Below, one piece after another: positions 52,979 to 61,008 of a stretch of DNA of 64,000 nt. Source of the stretch: Lentisphaerae bacterium GWF2_50_93 (GTDB lineage: Bacteria > Verrucomicrobiota > Lentisphaeria > Victivallales > GWF2-50-93); contig MHBI01000087.1 of the NCBI GenBank assembly GCA_001804815.1, positions 9,558 through 73,557 on the forward strand. The letters are read 5' to 3'. The notes beneath the pieces were generated by a model. That model saw only the letters and a program-made list of their open reading frames with translations. It did no database searches and was not told where the DNA came from. The position numbers were made by a program, and so were the translations under genes. Numbering within the stretch: the first letter of the stretch is position 1; every line of letters starts with the position of its first letter.

Positions 52979-53655
52979 TTGTGCATGACCTTCGTTTCAG
53001 CCTTCTCGAGTTCCTTGAGTATTTCCTCGCGGGTTCCCGGCTTTTCAAGGACTTTGCGGACGCTTGGATTTTTAAGCGCGAACGCGAGCTTCGAGATCAG
53101 CTGCAGGTGGATGCGCGGGGAAGGGGATATCAGTGTGAAAAGACAGAACACGTCCTTCTTGTCCAGCGCTCCGAAATCGATTGGCCTTTCAAGAAAACAG
53201 AGGGTTATCACAGGGATGTTGACGTTCAGTATCACCGGATTCCTGACATGGGGGATTGCTATCCCTTCGCCGATGCCTGTCGATGCCATGTTCTCGCGGG
53301 CAAGCAGTACGTCGAAAAGGAAGCTCCGGTCGATGTTCTCAGGAAGTTTCATTATGTCGACGACATTTTTTAGCACAGTCTTCTTGTCGGCACCTTCTAT
53401 CCGGAAGAATATTCCACCGGACTTCACGGATTCGGCGATCGATGGAACGGCATTCTCGTCGGCAGCCGGGGTTTCGAAGATCTCCGGAGACACGTTCAGC
53501 TTCTGCGCAGTAGCCCATTCAAGCAGTTCGGCCCTGTTGAACCGGAACTGGTCGTTGATCTTGTACGCCGGTATTATCTGCTGGTCTATCCAGCGGTAGA
53601 CGGTCCTTTCGGACACATTGAAATATGTAGCCACATCATGAACTGTCAGTTGCAT
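52975..53655 (-). CDS. HTH (excisionase/MerR-like) DNA-binding domain fused to a PTS EIIA(Ntr/Fru-type) domain
   Basis: LTVHDVATYFNVSERTVYRWIDQQIIPAYKINDQFRFNRAELLEWA is an HTH_17-type motif. The C-terminus GIGEGIAIPHVRNP is the EIIA_2 active-site His region. Confidence 0.8.
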   Translation of the reverse strand: MQLTVHDVATYFNVSERTVYRWIDQQIIPAYKINDQFRFNRAELLEWATAQKLNVSPEIFETPAADENAVPSIAESVKSGGIFFRIEGADKKTVLKNVVDIMKLPENIDRSFLFDVLLARENMASTGIGEGIAIPHVRNPVILNVNIPVITLCFLERPIDFGALDKKDVFCLFTLISPSPRIHLQLISKLAFALKNPSVRKVLEKPGTREEILKELEKAETKVMHK

Positions 53656-53700
53656 GGGAAATTCCTGTTAATCCAGTATTAATGAAAAACGGATGACATC

Positions 53701-53729
53701 AATTTACAGCAAATGTCATAAGATGTCAA
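53701..53729 (-). promoter_or_regulatory. Sigma70-like promoter TTGACA-N17-TAAATT with overlapping ATGACAT/ATGTCAT inverted repeat
   Basis: On the minus strand the -35 TTGACA is at 53729..53724 and the -10 TAAATT at 53706..53701. tATGACATttgctgtaaattgATGTCATc spans the -10. A further TGACAT half-site lies in the -35. Confidence 0.4.
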
Positions 53730-53949
53730 TAGGTGTCGGTAAAAGGCCAGCGATAAATCATCAGTTTTTTTTTATATTCTAAGAGGAGGCACGCTAAAGA
53801 CCGTGAACACCAACTTAAGAAAGTAAAGGTGCCAGGATGGTTGTTGCGGGAAAGTATTCGTTGGAGTTCAAACTTTAGTTTGTCTTCTCCTGTCTTAGCG
53901 CCATTCGGGTCTTTCCCTTTTTGTAATACACGTCCGTGAATAATCCAGG

Positions 53950-55206
53950 TTAGGTGTGAAAAGCTGTCGACATGCTTTCAATCTCGCGTCGATGAATTTT
54001 TAATCCAAGTGCAATTTTGTTCCAGTTCCCGACAGCCTTCCTAATCTCATTTACAAAGCTCTTGGCCTCCGGCATATCCAGATGGAATTTAGGTGCGACA
54101 GACAAGGCCAGATCGAAGTCGAGGGAATTGTCGTCCGAAGATATGTTCAGTGTAAGACCTCCTCCAAGAGAATTGGGGTTGATGTCGTAGGCCGGGGAAA
54201 GGGTCCATCCCTGTTGCATCAGCAGAAAACCATGGTTGCGCAGGTGGTCATCGGTGTTTGAGACTGCTACGTTGAAGACTATGCGTTTCCATAATTCTTC
54301 CAGGTCCTTGGCGGGGCTTGAGCCGTGCTGGATGATGAATTGCGCCAGATCAAGGTAGCAGCATCCGGTTTCATGGTTTTCACCGTCCATGCGCCCAAGC
54401 AGGGTCATCGCCGAGGCAAAATGTATTCGTCTGCCTGATTTCCTGTCGAAACGTCTGCTCAGGAAAGTGCTGCCATGTCTGGAAAAATTATCCATCCGGC
54501 ATTCCGGAATCTTCAGACCAACGCTTTTGGCCAATTCGTGAGCGACCATTTCCCATGCTCCCATATTGACAGCATCCTCACGGCTTGGGAATTTGGCAAT
54601 CCATAGGTTTTTGTCATTGTCCAGAACATTCGCCTTTGGGCGGGCACCTCCAAGGGATGAACCTGGCGCAAGGAGCATCGCAAGCCATTTGTCATGTTCA
54701 TCGTCGGTGCCTGATTCATCCTCGTAATGGCGGCAGGCCGACTCCAGCTCATTCAGGGATGACCATGGTGGAGCCGGAAGCTCCGAATCATTGTTGACAA
54801 AGTCTCTGGATTCATCCAGTTTGAAACGGAGGGCGCCCATCCTGGTGGTATCATGTACACCGAGCAGATAGTCCGACTCGAGCAGCGGTCGGGCCGGTCG
54901 GCGCTCTCGACGTGCACTGATAGCTTCATGCCGTCGAATCAGCTGGCGCCCCCATCGGTCCGGGGATGAATCCAGGAAAATACCGAAATTGTTCTTTTCA
55001 CGATCTGCATATTGCCTTCCTGGATAAAACTGCAAATCCGGATCCAGCATTCTCGCGGATTCCGATCTGAGCCATGCGGATGTGAACTCAAAGGAAAATA
55101 TTTCCTTGCCCCGGGCCACATCGACATTAAGGCAGCCCATTTTTACAGGGCTGTCTTTCTCCGGCCAGTCGGCATAGACATAAATTGACTTTGAGCTATT
55201 GTTCAT
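53950..55206 (-). CDS. hipA: HipA-family serine/threonine kinase toxin
   Basis: N-terminal coupling domain (IYVYADWPEKDSPVKMGCLNVD...). SLGGARPKANV is the P-loop-like motif. VSNTDDHLRNHGFL is the catalytic loop. Confidence 0.85.
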   Translation of the reverse strand: MNNSSKSIYVYADWPEKDSPVKMGCLNVDVARGKEIFSFEFTSAWLRSESARMLDPDLQFYPGRQYADREKNNFGIFLDSSPDRWGRQLIRRHEAISARRERRPARPLLESDYLLGVHDTTRMGALRFKLDESRDFVNNDSELPAPPWSSLNELESACRHYEDESGTDDEHDKWLAMLLAPGSSLGGARPKANVLDNDKNLWIAKFPSREDAVNMGAWEMVAHELAKSVGLKIPECRMDNFSRHGSTFLSRRFDRKSGRRIHFASAMTLLGRMDGENHETGCCYLDLAQFIIQHGSSPAKDLEELWKRIVFNVAVSNTDDHLRNHGFLLMQQGWTLSPAYDINPNSLGGGLTLNISSDDNSLDFDLALSVAPKFHLDMPEAKSFVNEIRKAVGNWNKIALGLKIHRREIESMSTAFHT

Positions 55207-55528
55207 TGTTCATCCTTTTCCTAGGCGCACGTCTGTGGACCTGCAGTTTCAAGTCCTGGAGTTTGCGTCCCAGTTCATCATCGGCTGCAACTTCAAGGAG
55301 GTCTTTTTCCAGCCCCAGTGCTACCAATACCTGTACATAGCTTCCCAGGGATACTGAAGGCGAACCTTTCTCGAGCATTGACAGGGTGGGACGGCTTATG
55401 CCTGCGCGTTCCGCCTGAAGAGAAGACGACACGTTACGACGTAGGCGCGCCAGCCTGATGTTCTCTCCAAACGTCTCAAGGATCGATGCAGTTTTAGGTA
55501 AAAGGGCGTTTTTTTTATTGTATTGCAT
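55196..55528 (-). CDS. hipB: HipB-like XRE-family antitoxin
   Basis: FGENIRLARLRRNVSSSLQAERAGISRPTLSMLEKGSPSVSLGSYVQVLVALGL is a Cro/C1-type HTH. It overlaps hipA by 11 nt. Confidence 0.8.
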   Translation of the reverse strand: MQYNKKNALLPKTASILETFGENIRLARLRRNVSSSLQAERAGISRPTLSMLEKGSPSVSLGSYVQVLVALGLEKDLLEVAADDELGRKLQDLKLQVHRRAPRKRMNNEQ

Positions 55529-55690
55529 ATCTGCCTCGTTTATTTATAATGTAAAATAAAATTATCATAATATCTAAAAATGTCAAATATAGTTTACATT
55601 ATATAGTGTAGTTAAATAATTGCCGGCGGGACGCCGGCGCTCCTTTTAAAAAACATTTGACTGAAGATGGGGCCCTGGAACGGAAACACA

Positions 55691-55880
55691 GTCATCCTAC
55701 AGGATGACGGATTAATGGATTTATGGATTGCTGGATTATTGGTTTTGAGTTCAAGAAAAACCAAAGATGCTGGATTTTAAGAAAAAATTCAGAATAGGCA
55801 TTTTGGATTTCCCCCATATGGTGATTATAGCATAACTCTGCGAATTCCAACAATCCATTAATCCAGCAATCCAATAATCC
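55691..55880. repeat. Complete GGAT/ATCC-word element (copy 3, inverted): terminal hairpin, left arm, AT-rich spacer, right arm
   Basis: The hairpin and left arm are gtcatcctacaggatgacggattaatggatttatggattgctggattattggttttgagttc. About 90 bp of spacer follow, then the right arm caacaatccattaatccagcaatccaataatccatgggg. Confidence 0.75.
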
Positions 55881-55997
55881 ATGGGGATGGTAGTGGAACG
55901 GAAAAGGACTTGTTTGTACTTGAAACTCCTTGATTCATCCCTGTCTCCGAATTACTTTCACGGGATTGTGTAAATCAATAATGCTAGGGATTGAAAC

Positions 55998-57008
55998 TTG
56001 ACCTGCAAAAAGGACTATCTAAAAAAACTTCTCCAGCCCATCGCCTTTCCAGGAGGCCGGGCGCTTCCTTCACGCATCCTGCCGGGACCCATGGAAGGCA
56101 TCATGACCAAGGAATTCTGCCAGGCAATGCTGGAGTTCGATCTCCTGCCGGCATGGATAACCCCGTTCATAAGGATCTCCCGCGGCACTCCGCGCGCAAA
56201 GAAACTAGATGGCCGCCTGACCCCCTTCCGTCCTCTTCCGATCATCGCGCAGATCATGGGAACCTACAGGGAGCATCTTGCGGCGACGACAAAGATTTTA
56301 TCAGGATTTGATGGCGTTGTCGGTGTCGAGCTGAACTGCGCGTGTTCAAGCAACACTGTCATCCGCAGCGGAGCAGGAAGCTCCCAGCTGCGTGAGCCGG
56401 AATGGATACGCGACACGCTTCTTAAGATGCGCGAATCTTCTGCCGGCGGAGGAATAGGTGTGAAGATACGCAGCGGATTCGAGTCTCCAGAGGAACTGCC
56501 TCGGATACTTGAAGCCGTCAGCGCCGCCCGTCCCGACTGGATTGTCCTGCACTACAGGACAGGCAGGGAGATGTTCCGCAACGTGCCGGATGGTCATGAA
56601 CGACTGAGGACTGCGCGCCGTCTTCTGCCCGATACATTCCTGTTCGGTACAGGCGATCTCTTCAGTGCCGAACAGGCTTTGGAGATGGTCAGGGAAACTT
56701 CTGTAGACGGCATCACGCCGGCCCGGGGGCTCATGCATAATCCCTGGCTCATCCGGGATATTGAAGCCGCGTGCCGTGGTGAGACACCGCCAGAAAGGGA
56801 TGTAACCCCATTTCTGCTGAGGCTTATCGAACTTGTGTCGGTGAATCCCAAAGGGAGGCACGGCCTGATACTTGAGATCACCCGGAACATATGGGGCAGG
56901 GAGTCCGAACGTTTCAAGGCGCTTGCAAGCGATACTAGGCCGTCGGCAATGGTTAAGATAATCAGTAGTGCTAACTTCGAACATCGAACATCGAACGTCC
57001 AATATTGA
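55998..57008 (+). CDS. tRNA-dihydrouridine synthase family protein
   Basis: LPGPMEGIMT, GVELNCACSSNTVIRSGAGSSQL (catalytic Cys region) and a TIM-barrel-length protein. The start is TTG, since no in-frame ATG occurs before the conserved core. The last codons (FEHRTSNVQY) are formed by a cgaacat 7-bp repeat. Confidence 0.7.
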   Translation: MTCKKDYLKKLLQPIAFPGGRALPSRILPGPMEGIMTKEFCQAMLEFDLLPAWITPFIRISRGTPRAKKLDGRLTPFRPLPIIAQIMGTYREHLAATTKILSGFDGVVGVELNCACSSNTVIRSGAGSSQLREPEWIRDTLLKMRESSAGGGIGVKIRSGFESPEELPRILEAVSAARPDWIVLHYRTGREMFRNVPDGHERLRTARRLLPDTFLFGTGDLFSAEQALEMVRETSVDGITPARGLMHNPWLIRDIEAACRGETPPERDVTPFLLRLIELVSVNPKGRHGLILEITRNIWGRESERFKALASDTRPSAMVKIISSANFEHRTSNVQY

Positions 57009-57072
57009 ATTTAAAATACTAATATTAAACAAGGAAAACAGAAGAATACGCAATCCCACAAGGGCTGTTTTT

Positions 57073-57287
57073 ATGTCGCCACCCTGCGGGGACTCTGGAT
57101 ATATTTTATTCCGCACATGTCCCATGGCTGACGGCCATGGGCTACAATATATCGCCATCCTGCGGAGGCTCCATATGGAATCAGATTCTGTTTTCAGCCC
57201 TCGCAGAGGGCGGCATGCTGTAGCCCAGGGCAAAAGCCCTGGGAAGTCAATAATGTAAAAAAAAGAGCCCCCGAAGGGTGGCGACAT
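57073..57287. repeat. IR-bounded structured intergenic element (23-nt motif x3 plus internal hairpins)
   Basis: The motif copies are atgtcgccaccctgcggggactc (57073-57095), atatcgccatcctgcggaggctc (57149-57171) and the inverted gagcccccgaagggtggcgacat (57265-57287). Internal hairpins are cccatggc-tgacg-gccatggg, gccctc-gca-gagggc and cccagggc-aaaa-gccctggg. Confidence 0.6.
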
Positions 57288-57381
57288 TGAAGGGATCGAC
57301 TGAAATGCAAGCTGATTATCCGCCGAAGCAATAGTCGTCTCATAATAGTATAAATGCTTTTCATCAATGAGATATTGCCGG

Positions 57382-58659
57382 TCACTTGGGTTCAAGCATC
57401 CTCGGCTTTTTCGTAGGTGCCGTAGTCTTTTTCGCGGAATCTGCCGGGAGCGCCTGGTTGGGTTTCAGCGTTGACTCCTTCCACTTGAGATAATCATCGG
57501 TCTTTACAAGGGAAGCGTATTCAGGATCCTTCTCCATGTCCGCGAAAGAGAGCTTTTTATTGAAGAGTTTTTCAATGGATTGAATTGTCTTTGTGGCGTC
57601 AGGCCATTTTTTTTCAGCTATAAGCACCGTGAACAATGACCAGTATGGCGATTCCATTGTCGGTTCACGCTGAATGCCCTTGCGTATAATAGCTTCCGCC
57701 TCGTTCAGTTTCCCTTCCTCCAGAAATATATCGCCTCTCTTCACATCAAGATAGGGGTCGTTGTTCGCGGTCATCTTATAAAGATTGTCGAGGCATCCAT
57801 GCGCCTTGGAGAAATCCTTGTTCAGGATGTAGTAGTTGAGGAGAATTCCATCAAGTGAGTTGTCTCCATCCTTCACGCATCCTTTAAGTGCGGCAAGGGA
57901 TTCCTTGTATTCCCTTGAATCTGCGCCCTTGAGCACGCTTGCCTGGATTCGAAGGAGGATGATGAGCTTTTCGAGCTTGAGGCAGTCAGGCAGTTCGTTG
58001 TATGTTTTTAAGGCGGTATCAGGATCTCCGTCATTTATCAGTTTTTTTATCTGACTGATCTTTAAAAAGTTCTTGGAGAATTCAGTTTCCTTCTGCAGGA
58101 GTTTTCCCAGTAGGCCGCTGTCGCTTCGCGCCAGCATCGGCACTGTGTCATGGCTAAGAATGGAGCTGATGTCCTCGCCGCAGGTGGAGGAGTAGAGGTC
58201 GGCTATGTAGATCTTATTGCCATCCTCAACGAGCAGGAATTTGAAATATGCATGGCCTCCGTCCGGATCAAAGGCCCGGAAAAGCGCCCTTGTCCCGGTG
58301 CCATCACTTTCCATTCTAAGCAGTTTCAGCGAGATTCCCTTTGCAATGATTTTGCTGAAGTTGAATCCCTTCTTGAACCCGGACATGAATTCCGATTTAG
58401 CCTTGTCGGAGATTTTCCGGCCTCCCATCATCCTGTCAAATAACAACTCAAAGTGCATGTTATTGTTGCAGAAATCCGGACTGCCGTCATCTATGGAGGC
58501 TTCAATCTTTTTTGCAAAGTCTACGAATTTTATGTCTATCCCCTTATCCACTATTACGGTGTCTGGAACTGCTTTTTCAGCTTGTCCAAAGGATGTAGGA
58601 CCTGATAATCCGAACAATATTGCGGTGAGAACCACTATACGGAAGAATTTAAAATACAT
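57382..58659 (-). CDS. Secreted TPR-like hypothetical protein
   Basis: I trimmed the start to ATG 58659 (signal peptide MYFKFFRIVVLTAILFGLSGPTSFGQA). The ORF-track extension to 59154 runs antisense through trxA. The C-terminal half has TPR-like helices. Confidence 0.65.
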   Translation of the reverse strand: MYFKFFRIVVLTAILFGLSGPTSFGQAEKAVPDTVIVDKGIDIKFVDFAKKIEASIDDGSPDFCNNNMHFELLFDRMMGGRKISDKAKSEFMSGFKKGFNFSKIIAKGISLKLLRMESDGTGTRALFRAFDPDGGHAYFKFLLVEDGNKIYIADLYSSTCGEDISSILSHDTVPMLARSDSGLLGKLLQKETEFSKNFLKISQIKKLINDGDPDTALKTYNELPDCLKLEKLIILLRIQASVLKGADSREYKESLAALKGCVKDGDNSLDGILLNYYILNKDFSKAHGCLDNLYKMTANNDPYLDVKRGDIFLEEGKLNEAEAIIRKGIQREPTMESPYWSLFTVLIAEKKWPDATKTIQSIEKLFNKKLSFADMEKDPEYASLVKTDDYLKWKESTLKPNQALPADSAKKTTAPTKKPRMLEPK

Positions 58660-58687
58660 GTTTTGCCCCTTTGCTTGAGTATATAAC

Positions 58688-58716
58688 TTGAAAAAATATG
58701 CTAATTTCTGTATATT
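58688..58716 (+). promoter_or_regulatory. Sigma70-like promoter TTGAAA-N17-TATATT upstream of trxA
   Basis: ttgaaa is at 58688-58693, the spacer is 17 nt and tatatt is at 58711-58716. An AAAGGAAG RBS precedes ATG 58751. Confidence 0.5.
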
Positions 58717-58750
58717 CCAAGTCTGAAACTCAATAAATGAAAGGAAGACC

Positions 58751-59071
58751 ATGAGCGCAGTCAAACATTTGAATTCCGATAATTTCGACACCGAGACCGC
58801 CAAGGGAGTCGTACTTATCGACTTCTGGGCGGAATGGTGCGGCCCCTGCAAGATGCTGGGACCTGTACTGGACGAAGTCGCCAAGGAGATCGGCGATGAT
58901 GCCGTCATAGCCAAGGTCAACGTCGATGAAGCCCAGGCTGTCGCCATGAAGTATGCTGTCAGGAGCATTCCGGCCATCTTCGTACTCAAAGACGGCAAGA
59001 CCATCCAGCAGTTCGTCGGAGTCCAGAGCAAGCAGAGCCTTGTCAACGCCTTGAAGGACGCCCTTAAATAG
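58751..59071 (+). CDS. trxA: Thioredoxin
   Basis: WAEWCGPCK active site. 106 aa. Canonical Trx fold length. Confidence 0.95.
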   Translation: MSAVKHLNSDNFDTETAKGVVLIDFWAEWCGPCKMLGPVLDEVAKEIGDDAVIAKVNVDEAQAVAMKYAVRSIPAIFVLKDGKTIQQFVGVQSKQSLVNALKDALK

Positions 59072-59155
59072 GATGGATGGAGGACTGGCTTTGTGGGTTG
59101 TTTTGAAGCGATGGCCCATGCAATCCGGTAGTCCCTAAATCCTATTGAAAACATT

Positions 59156-59851
59156 ATGAAACTTACACACTACGGAATGCGGGAGTGGCTCGGCAGCGGT
59201 ATCGTCTTCCTGGTCCTGCTCGCAGGTTCAGTGCTCATCGCCGTCTACGCCGAACCTCATGCAGGCATCACCCTTTCAATAATATTCGTCGTCGCATGGC
59301 TGGCGCTTGCCGCCTTTTTCCGCGATCCTGTCAGGAGGATCCCGCCGGAGGACAACATCCTCGTCTCTCCTGCGGACGGGCACATCAAGGACATTGAAAT
59401 AATTTCAAACAGCGAGGAGAACAGGTATTTCGACGGTAAAAATGTCATACGGGTCGGAATCTTCCTCTCCGTTTTCGATGTCCATCTCAACAGGGCGCCG
59501 TGCAGGATGAAGGTCAAGGAGAAGATTTACAGGAAGGGCAGGTACCATGACGCCAGGAACGCTCTTGCCTCGACTGAGAATGAAGCCATGGCGATCGTCT
59601 GCGACGCCGAGGCCGGAAAGAAGAAGTTCACGCTGATAGTGCGGCAGATCTCCGGCGCCATCGCAAAAAGAATCGTCTGTCCGGTCGAACCTGGCGTATC
59701 CCTGGATAAGGGGGAACGCTACGGGATGATCAAGTTCGGTTCCAGGACGGAGCTCTTCTTTCCGGCCGGATCCGATTTCGAGCTGAAAGTCAAGATAGGC
59801 GACCGCGTTATTGCGGGAACTTCAGTGATCACCGAGATCAAAGGGAGCTAG
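59156..59851 (+). CDS. psd: Phosphatidylserine decarboxylase proenzyme (short form)
   Basis: The N-terminal TM and PADGHI, RVGIFLSVFDVHLNRAP and the FGSRTE self-cleavage (GS) region match Psd. It is adjacent to pssA. Confidence 0.9.
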   Translation: MKLTHYGMREWLGSGIVFLVLLAGSVLIAVYAEPHAGITLSIIFVVAWLALAAFFRDPVRRIPPEDNILVSPADGHIKDIEIISNSEENRYFDGKNVIRVGIFLSVFDVHLNRAPCRMKVKEKIYRKGRYHDARNALASTENEAMAIVCDAEAGKKKFTLIVRQISGAIAKRIVCPVEPGVSLDKGERYGMIKFGSRTELFFPAGSDFELKVKIGDRVIAGTSVITEIKGS

Positions 59852-59887
59852 TTACAGTTGTCTGACAGTAATAAAAAGGGCGGATAA

Positions 59888-60727
59888 ATGGCAAGAAAAA
59901 ACTTCAAGGACATGATAGCCAGCAACAAGTGGCTGAAAATTATTCCGACCTCGCTTACACTCTGTAATTCCCTGTGCGGGTTCGCGGCGATACTTTTCAC
60001 GCTTCACGTGTACGAGGGGGGCCGGGATACGGAATCCGTCCTCAGGCTGTGCGCATACATAATTCTCGCGGCCATGGTCTTCGACGCGCTTGATGGATTC
60101 GCCGCCAGGATATTCAACGCCGCCAGCATGCACGGAATGCAGATGGACTCGCTTGCGGACATGGTGACGTTCGGAGTTGCGCCGGCGGTAATAGTCGCGG
60201 TCATGGCGCATCGGCTCAGAGCACATTTGATACCGATGGATTATTACATCGTGTGGGGTCTTTGCGCCCTCTACCTCGGATGTGCGGCGATACGGCTCGC
60301 CACGTACAACGTCTATGCGATATTCCCTGAAAAGAAGAAACAAAAGCATGAAGGGTTCAGCGGACTTCCATCTCCTGGAGCTGCGGCAGGCGTGTGCAGC
60401 ATCATCATCTACTACTGCATGAAGAAAGGCGACCTCCAGCAGATCCTCGCGATCCTCCCCTTCTATACCGGATTCCTGGGACTCATGATGGTCAGTACCG
60501 TGCGATATGCGCATATCGGTAAATGGATCCAGTCGGTGCGGAGAAACAGGATACGCCTGGTCATGCTTATTGTCTTCGTGCTGGCTCTGATAATATGGAA
60601 GGAGCTTGCCGCAGTTGTGCTGATCAACTATTACATCTTCTCCGGTCCGGTCATGGAAATCTATCTGAGGATAAAGGAAAAAAGACAGAGGGATGCCCTC
60701 ATGAAGGCCGAGATCGGCGGAGCCTAG
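59888..60727 (+). CDS. pssA: CDP-diacylglycerol--serine O-phosphatidyltransferase
   Basis: CDP-alcohol phosphatidyltransferase motif DALDGFAARIFNAASMHGMQMDSLADMVTFGVAP (DGx2ARx8Gx3Dx3D). Polytopic. Confidence 0.9.
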   Translation: MARKNFKDMIASNKWLKIIPTSLTLCNSLCGFAAILFTLHVYEGGRDTESVLRLCAYIILAAMVFDALDGFAARIFNAASMHGMQMDSLADMVTFGVAPAVIVAVMAHRLRAHLIPMDYYIVWGLCALYLGCAAIRLATYNVYAIFPEKKKQKHEGFSGLPSPGAAAGVCSIIIYYCMKKGDLQQILAILPFYTGFLGLMMVSTVRYAHIGKWIQSVRRNRIRLVMLIVFVLALIIWKELAAVVLINYYIFSGPVMEIYLRIKEKRQRDALMKAEIGGA

Positions 60728-60862
60728 GAAGGAAGAAGTTCGAAAGTTCGGGAGTTCTAAAGTGCGAAAGTGTGGAGCCTGAGAACGTCGAACGTTGAAT
60801 GGAAGAAAGAGTGAAGAGGAAAGATGCGGAAGTTCTAAAGTTCCGGGGTTGGAAAATCGTCA

Positions 60863-60982
60863 TTCGTCTGTTCGATTGTTCGTCTGTTCGATTGTTCGTC
60901 TGTTCGATTGTTCGTCTGTTCGATTGTTCGTCTGTTCGATTGTTCGATTGTTCGATTGTTCGATTGTTCGATTGTTCGATTG
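60863..60982 (+). repeat. 8-bp microsatellite TTCGWYTG x 15
   Basis: Ten units alternate ttcgtctg and ttcgattg, then five are ttcgattg. Orientation matches 21714-21825. The array ends 26 bp before ATG 61009, with TATAAT (60989-60994) and AAGGAG (60995-61000) in between. Confidence 0.95.
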
Positions 60983-61008
60983 CCCATCTATAATAAGGAG
61001 TCTTGACT

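Noticed and set aside
56346-57395. 349-aa minus-strand ORF
   Set aside because: It is antisense to the dus-family gene over most of its length, then runs through the hairpin-rich intergenic element. It has no motif, and the dus frame has clear family signatures.
58660-59154. N-terminal 165-aa extension of the 590-aa ORF 57382-59154
   Set aside because: The extension runs antisense through trxA, which is unambiguous (WCGPC). An internal ATG at 58659 gives a clean signal peptide, so the gene was trimmed.
59852-60514. 220-aa minus-strand ORF, and the 279-aa minus ORF at 62269-63108
   Set aside because: They are antisense to pssA and to the RND adaptor gene respectively. Both of those genes carry clear family motifs.
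60989-60994. TATAAT hexamer downstream of the 8-bp array as the epimerase promoter -10
   Set aside because: A start site 7 nt downstream would fall inside or just after the AAGGAG RBS. The TTGTTC -35-like words in the array sit at 11 or 19 nt, not 17. It is noted but not called as a promoter.
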